A DNA stretch of 64,000 nt from NCBI RefSeq assembly GCF_022539665.2, contig NC_081332.1, positions 6,448,001 to 6,512,000 on the forward strand. Direction: 5' to 3'. Origin of the DNA: Daphnia carinata (Eukaryota). The notes below the pieces were generated by a model. It made no database searches. It was not told the DNA's origin and was given only the letters and a program-made list of their open reading frames with translations. The position numbers were made by a program, and so were the translations under genes. Below, piece by piece: positions 59,519 through 64,000 of the stretch. Within the stretch, counting starts at the first letter, position 1, and every line of letters starts with the position of its first letter.

Positions 59519-62500
59519 AATTCATTAAACATTTTCAGGAAGGGTGCTATTTTTTCTCATATTTCTTAGGAAAACAACTATGTTATTAGTTTTGGCTAAT
59601 GTTTTGGTGCCTTTGTTTTGTTTTTTTCATTTCCATTTGGACGTGATACCTGATGATATGCGAAATAGTGCGGAATCATTTTTCTGCATTTCCATCGCAA
59701 GCGCAGCGAAATCCTCTTTTCTGGAAAAGATAATTTAAGTTTCGTTATTTAAATTAAAACTAAACATGTTGAAATGTATGTGTAAATAAGGAATATACTT
59801 AATTTTGATGAAAAGTAAAATATGAAATGACGAATTATGGAATAAAGTCTCAAAATCATACGAACGCATTCGTTGGTATGGCACAGAGTTCACGTTATGG
59901 TACAAAGCTGATGGCTACAGGAGGAAAATTTATCGTCTTTGCCCACATTGAAAATGGTTAAATGCAGTATAGCAAAATTCTACGTAGCCGTATCGACGCT
60001 CTTTGCTCTTGGATGTATTGTGGGTGTCGTTGTAATGGCAGTCACAAGGCCGCAATGCCCGTCCCTGACCGATCTTAAGTGTCCTACGACTGCGGATATC
60101 ACCGGCCAACTACCAAGCTCAACTGGGATAGTATTTGAAGATCCAATTACTACTTTTACCACGTCTGAAATTCACCAGGCCAAAACTGAAACAAAACAAG
60201 ACACCATCACCGGACAAGAGCCGCATGGTAAAAGTGTACTTTTGCCAGATCCCGATATCGTCAACGCTGATGGCGGCGTTCCGTCACTTGTAACTTCTGC
60301 CGCCGGCAATCCTGATGTGGCCAACACTTATAATTTGGACATGGAAAAGTATTCTACCGGCACTGGAGCAGTTGAGGTTGACGATTTACTCGAGGAAATC
60401 AACAGGTTTATTTTGGACTTCATCAGTGCGATGTCTGGAATCGGTGATGCAAACCTGGACGAATCATATAATCAAACCAAAAGCCTAACGTTGGAAACCA
60501 AAAGACAGGTGAGCAACGCAGAACAACCAATTCATGATTCTCCTCAGTCTAAAACATTCAAGATTGTAATCGATAAGATTGTGACTGGAGCTGCTTATTC
60601 AGATATCAGCGGTTCGCGTAACACAACTTTTAAAGTCAACATCAAAAGGCAAGTCAGTGGACAAAGAGGATATCCAGATTCCACCGATTTGTCTGGCGGA
60701 GACGAACTGTCTGAGATATCCATCTTGAAGACTGCAAATGGAATAAGATTTGTGAACACTCCAGACCAAACTATCGATAACGAGGATGTCGTCGAACTGG
60801 ACATCAACAAGGTAATGGACGAGATTGCATCTTCCGATGTTCTCGACGAACCAGACGACGTAAATTTGACGTACGCTGTCCATGTTGAGAGTCAGCTCGA
60901 CGGGATTGGAAATTTTAATTCTACTGATTCATCTAGTTACGATCAAATCTCTGCCATAGACATAGAAAAGTCAGCAAACGGAATCGGCTTTGCGAACACT
61001 AACAACCAAGCTGGCGATGAGGGGGATGTCTTCTCACTCCACATCAACAATGTAATGGCAGAGCTTGCAGCTTTAGATGTTCTCAATGAATCTGATTCTG
61101 TGAATGCAATTTCTAAAATCAACCCCATGGATTTGTCTAATGGCGACGATATCACCGATACTAAAACCGAAAATACGGCGAATGGAATTGGATTTACCAA
61201 GAACTACGATCAAAGTATAAACGAGGCACAAGTTTTTGAACTCGACATCAGCAAGGAGGTGAAAGCATCTGCATTTTCGGATCTTGCAGATGACCCTGTC
61301 AACGTAAAAGAAGCTGTAAAAGTTTACATCGAAAGTCATCTCCATGGACTTGGACTTTCCGATTCGATAAATTCAAATACTGGAAACCAAATTTCTGATG
61401 TAGCCAAGGAAAATACGCAGTTAAAACTTCAGAAGCAAACGGAGGGAATTGCATCTGCAAATCTCAGCGACGTCCCTAACCAGCCCAACAACTTTGGTAC
61501 CATTACCCAAGAAAAAACAGGAATCGGCTTTTCCCACACCAGTAACGAGAACATTAACGACGTCAGCGACGTTAAACTTGACATTGGCAAGGTGATGGAG
61601 GGCGTCGCAGCTTCAGATATTTTGGACGACTCTCGTTACCCTGTGAGGAAAGAAGTTGTTGGTGTAGCCTCTACCAGCAGCCGTGCCTCAAATGAGGGAA
61701 GGACTAAAGAGCCGAAGTTAAACATTCAGAAGCATGCGGTGGCTATTGCGGCTGCAAATATCAAAACGGTTTTGAACAAGTCCAACAACTTTACCAGCGA
61801 TGGAAAAGAAGTAACCGGAATCGGCTTTTCTAAACGCCCAAATAAACACTAACTTGCTTCTCTTGATCTAAAATGCGTGCTTGTGCTTGAAATCTAAAAT
61901 AAAATGATTTTAAAAAAAAATTGAAAATTTGTTTTGTAATTTCTTAAAATAATTTACCGCACTGTAGGCATTGCATAGCTTATTATGATTGAAAACAAAC
62001 AAACAAAAAAGATTTGCGTTCGATTAAAAGATTTACTTCAAGGTTTCGATTCTACGGTTTACCTTTATTCGGCGTCATGCGTTAACAGGCGTTGTCCTTC
62101 CCGCCAACTGGGTCGCTAAACAAAAACGGATTCCAGGCTACCGGCGATAATGTGCCCACGCCCCCTGTAATGCCTGAACATGTCATCTGTTGAGAAAGTC
62201 TCTGAAAAAGTTGGTCGAAATCCGATTGGCCTTTGGCACAACGGAATAGAGTTTTGATGGAATCGCTATCGGGAAATTTAAAACATCCGACGGATACTAA
62301 GGTAGCACAAATGGCACCATGTTAAAATCTTGTATTTACTCTCAGCATTTGTTAGATGACTGGTAAGACGGTACATAGTGTAAAAGCCAAAGAGGCATCA
62401 GACTTTGTATCGACCAGTTTTAGAGCCTTGATAGGAAGCAGAACTGGCCAGCCGAAGCATTTCTTCTTTGAGGATACGGACAATTTCTTTTCGAGCTTTG

Positions 62501-63835
62501 GAAACTGCCATTTCACTAGTGCTCTCGATTGCCAAATAAAGTTTTCTTTCGTCTTCGGCGACCTTTTTCCCAGGTGCGCAATACGTTCCTCGAACAAAGA
62601 CGCCGGCTTCTGAAAATTCGCTAACCTGTGCCAAAGCTTCCTAAAGAAACAACGGTGTTGACATAAAACCAAGGCACGCTTAATAAAACGTTTTGAAATA
62701 CTAACCCTTGAAGTGATTTTCCAGCGAACAGGTTGTGGGAAGTCATTGATTTCCAATTCTTCTTCAAACTTCTGGATGACATCAGAGGCTGTTGGAGCAT
62801 TTTCTCCGCCTTCTTCTAATGATCCTTCAATTAGTTCTTCATTTTCAACAGGAGCATAGTTGAGCCGTGTATTAAGTTTGGCTGCCAATTGCTCTGCAAC
62901 ATTTCTGGCCTACGAGACGAGTAACGAAAAAGTAAAAAAGAAACGGTAAAAAACAATAATAAATAAGTAAAGTAATAACACTGTGCCATTAACTTCAACA
63001 ATGAGCTGTTTACCGAAATTGCCCCTATTGAAGTTTCGGGCATTGCTGGAACTGGTCCGGTGGGTTGTTTGGCCAGGTTAATTCTTGAGGCTAACCGCTT
63101 TGCTAATTCTAGTTTGTCGATAGCTGTTTTGCTCGGAATGCTTGATGCAACTGAACCGCCGCCTCCGGAGACAATGGTGGATGCTTGAACTTCCCGCACT
63201 ATTCGTTTGGCAGCCATCAGAGTTTCAATTTGTTCATCTAAGTCATTTTCAATGTCTTCTTCATCCGAATCTTGGAGGCCTAAGCAGCAATGGTTACAGT
63301 ATTTTTTTTTGTTAATCGGCGGAAACAAAAATCTAAAAATTTTCGACAAATACCTAAAGCGGCTTTCTGGAACTTTTTCTTCTCTGATACAGCCATAGCT
63401 TCTGATTCATCGAATTTGAATCCTTTTCCGGAAAATCCACCCCCGCCTGATCGGACAGTTTTTCCTTCCTACGAAATCATGAATAATTAAAATACGGCTA
63501 ACGCTTCACTTCTGTCTAATTTACCGCGGCAAGTTTAGTTTTATATTGGTCCCAAAGAGTTTGCAGCTCAGTTGGAACTGGTGTTTCTGATAGTTCCATT
63601 GCTTTAATAATATCGCCTGAAGCTCTTTGCTGATCTGGTGTAATGAAGGTGTAAGCAAATCCCTTATTACCGGCTCGTCCAGTTCTTCCACACCTATGAA
63701 TGTAATCTTCATAATGGTTGGGACAATCGTAGTTCACAACCAAAATAAGATGCTTCACATCTAAACCACGAGCAGCCACAGATGTGGCGATCTTTAAAAT
63801 TCGAAAAAAAAAAACAAAAAAACAAACAAACAATA
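59519..63835. repeat. Right (intact, probable donor) arm of the inverted segmental duplication
   Basis: Reverse-complement match to 21015-21795 and 22992-25355. This arm holds the uninterrupted genes. Confidence 0.95.
59954..61852 (+). CDS. Uncharacterised intronless single-pass (type II) membrane protein with degenerate internal repeats, about 632 aa
   Basis: A 1.9-kb uninterrupted ORF with ATG in AAAATGG context. Hydrophobic segment FYVAVSTLFALGCIVGVVVMAV follows basic residues. Many N-x-S/T sequons. The frame is conserved in the diverged paralogue. Confidence 0.85.
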   Translation: MVKCSIAKFYVAVSTLFALGCIVGVVVMAVTRPQCPSLTDLKCPTTADITGQLPSSTGIVFEDPITTFTTSEIHQAKTETKQDTITGQEPHGKSVLLPDPDIVNADGGVPSLVTSAAGNPDVANTYNLDMEKYSTGTGAVEVDDLLEEINRFILDFISAMSGIGDANLDESYNQTKSLTLETKRQVSNAEQPIHDSPQSKTFKIVIDKIVTGAAYSDISGSRNTTFKVNIKRQVSGQRGYPDSTDLSGGDELSEISILKTANGIRFVNTPDQTIDNEDVVELDINKVMDEIASSDVLDEPDDVNLTYAVHVESQLDGIGNFNSTDSSSYDQISAIDIEKSANGIGFANTNNQAGDEGDVFSLHINNVMAELAALDVLNESDSVNAISKINPMDLSNGDDITDTKTENTANGIGFTKNYDQSINEAQVFELDISKEVKASAFSDLADDPVNVKEAVKVYIESHLHGLGLSDSINSNTGNQISDVAKENTQLKLQKQTEGIASANLSDVPNQPNNFGTITQEKTGIGFSHTSNENINDVSDVKLDIGKVMEGVAASDILDDSRYPVRKEVVGVASTSSRASNEGRTKEPKLNIQKHAVAIAAANIKTVLNKSNNFTSDGKEVTGIGFSKRPNKH

Positions 63836-64000
63836 TATTATAATATTAAATTTTTTAAAAATAATTTAACAACAAATTTATTAGTTCGCAACGGATGTAT
63901 AGCTTTCGAACAAGTTTTACCATCAGCTTGATTTTTCCATTTTTGAAGTCGACCACAGCCGAATCACGATCATATTGATCAATGCCACCATGAAGCGAAA
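62398..64000 (-). CDS. DDX46: ATP-dependent RNA helicase DDX46/Prp5, 3' part (continues beyond the window)
   Basis: [61 protein letters not shown] and C-terminal KTGRYKV*. Confidence 0.96.

Overview
Eukaryotic, AT-rich, gene-dense window. Most introns are about 55-75 nt and spliceosomal. Gene content and intron size suggest a compact arthropod genome, most likely a cladoceran such as Daphnia (inference). Gene order: ALDH1L (-, with an intronic tRNA-Asp), HSD17B12-like SDR (+), SNX9/SH3PX1 (-), AATF (+), a pseudogenised DDX46 fragment (+), a frameshifted copy of an orphan repeat-protein gene (-), RanBP1 (+), Pitx (-), IGBP1/Tap42 (+), DLGAP5/HURP-like (-), Bicaudal-C (+), a BTB-C2H2 zinc-finger gene (-), the intact orphan repeat-protein gene (+), and the 3' half of DDX46 (-). 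The main structural feature is an inverted segmental duplication (about 21.0-25.4 kb versus 59.5-63.8 kb) that brackets a 34-kb six-gene block. The duplicated unit carries an intronless gene I cannot assign to a family. It encodes a type II membrane-anchored protein built from about 20 degenerate beta-strand/Gly repeats. The two copies are near-identical at the 5' end, but differ by an 80-aa repeat block and are strongly diverged at the C-terminus. Other points of note are a candidate structured RNA upstream of AATF, a GC-AG/NAGNAG intron in BicC, and Pitx-DDX46 linkage as seen in human.
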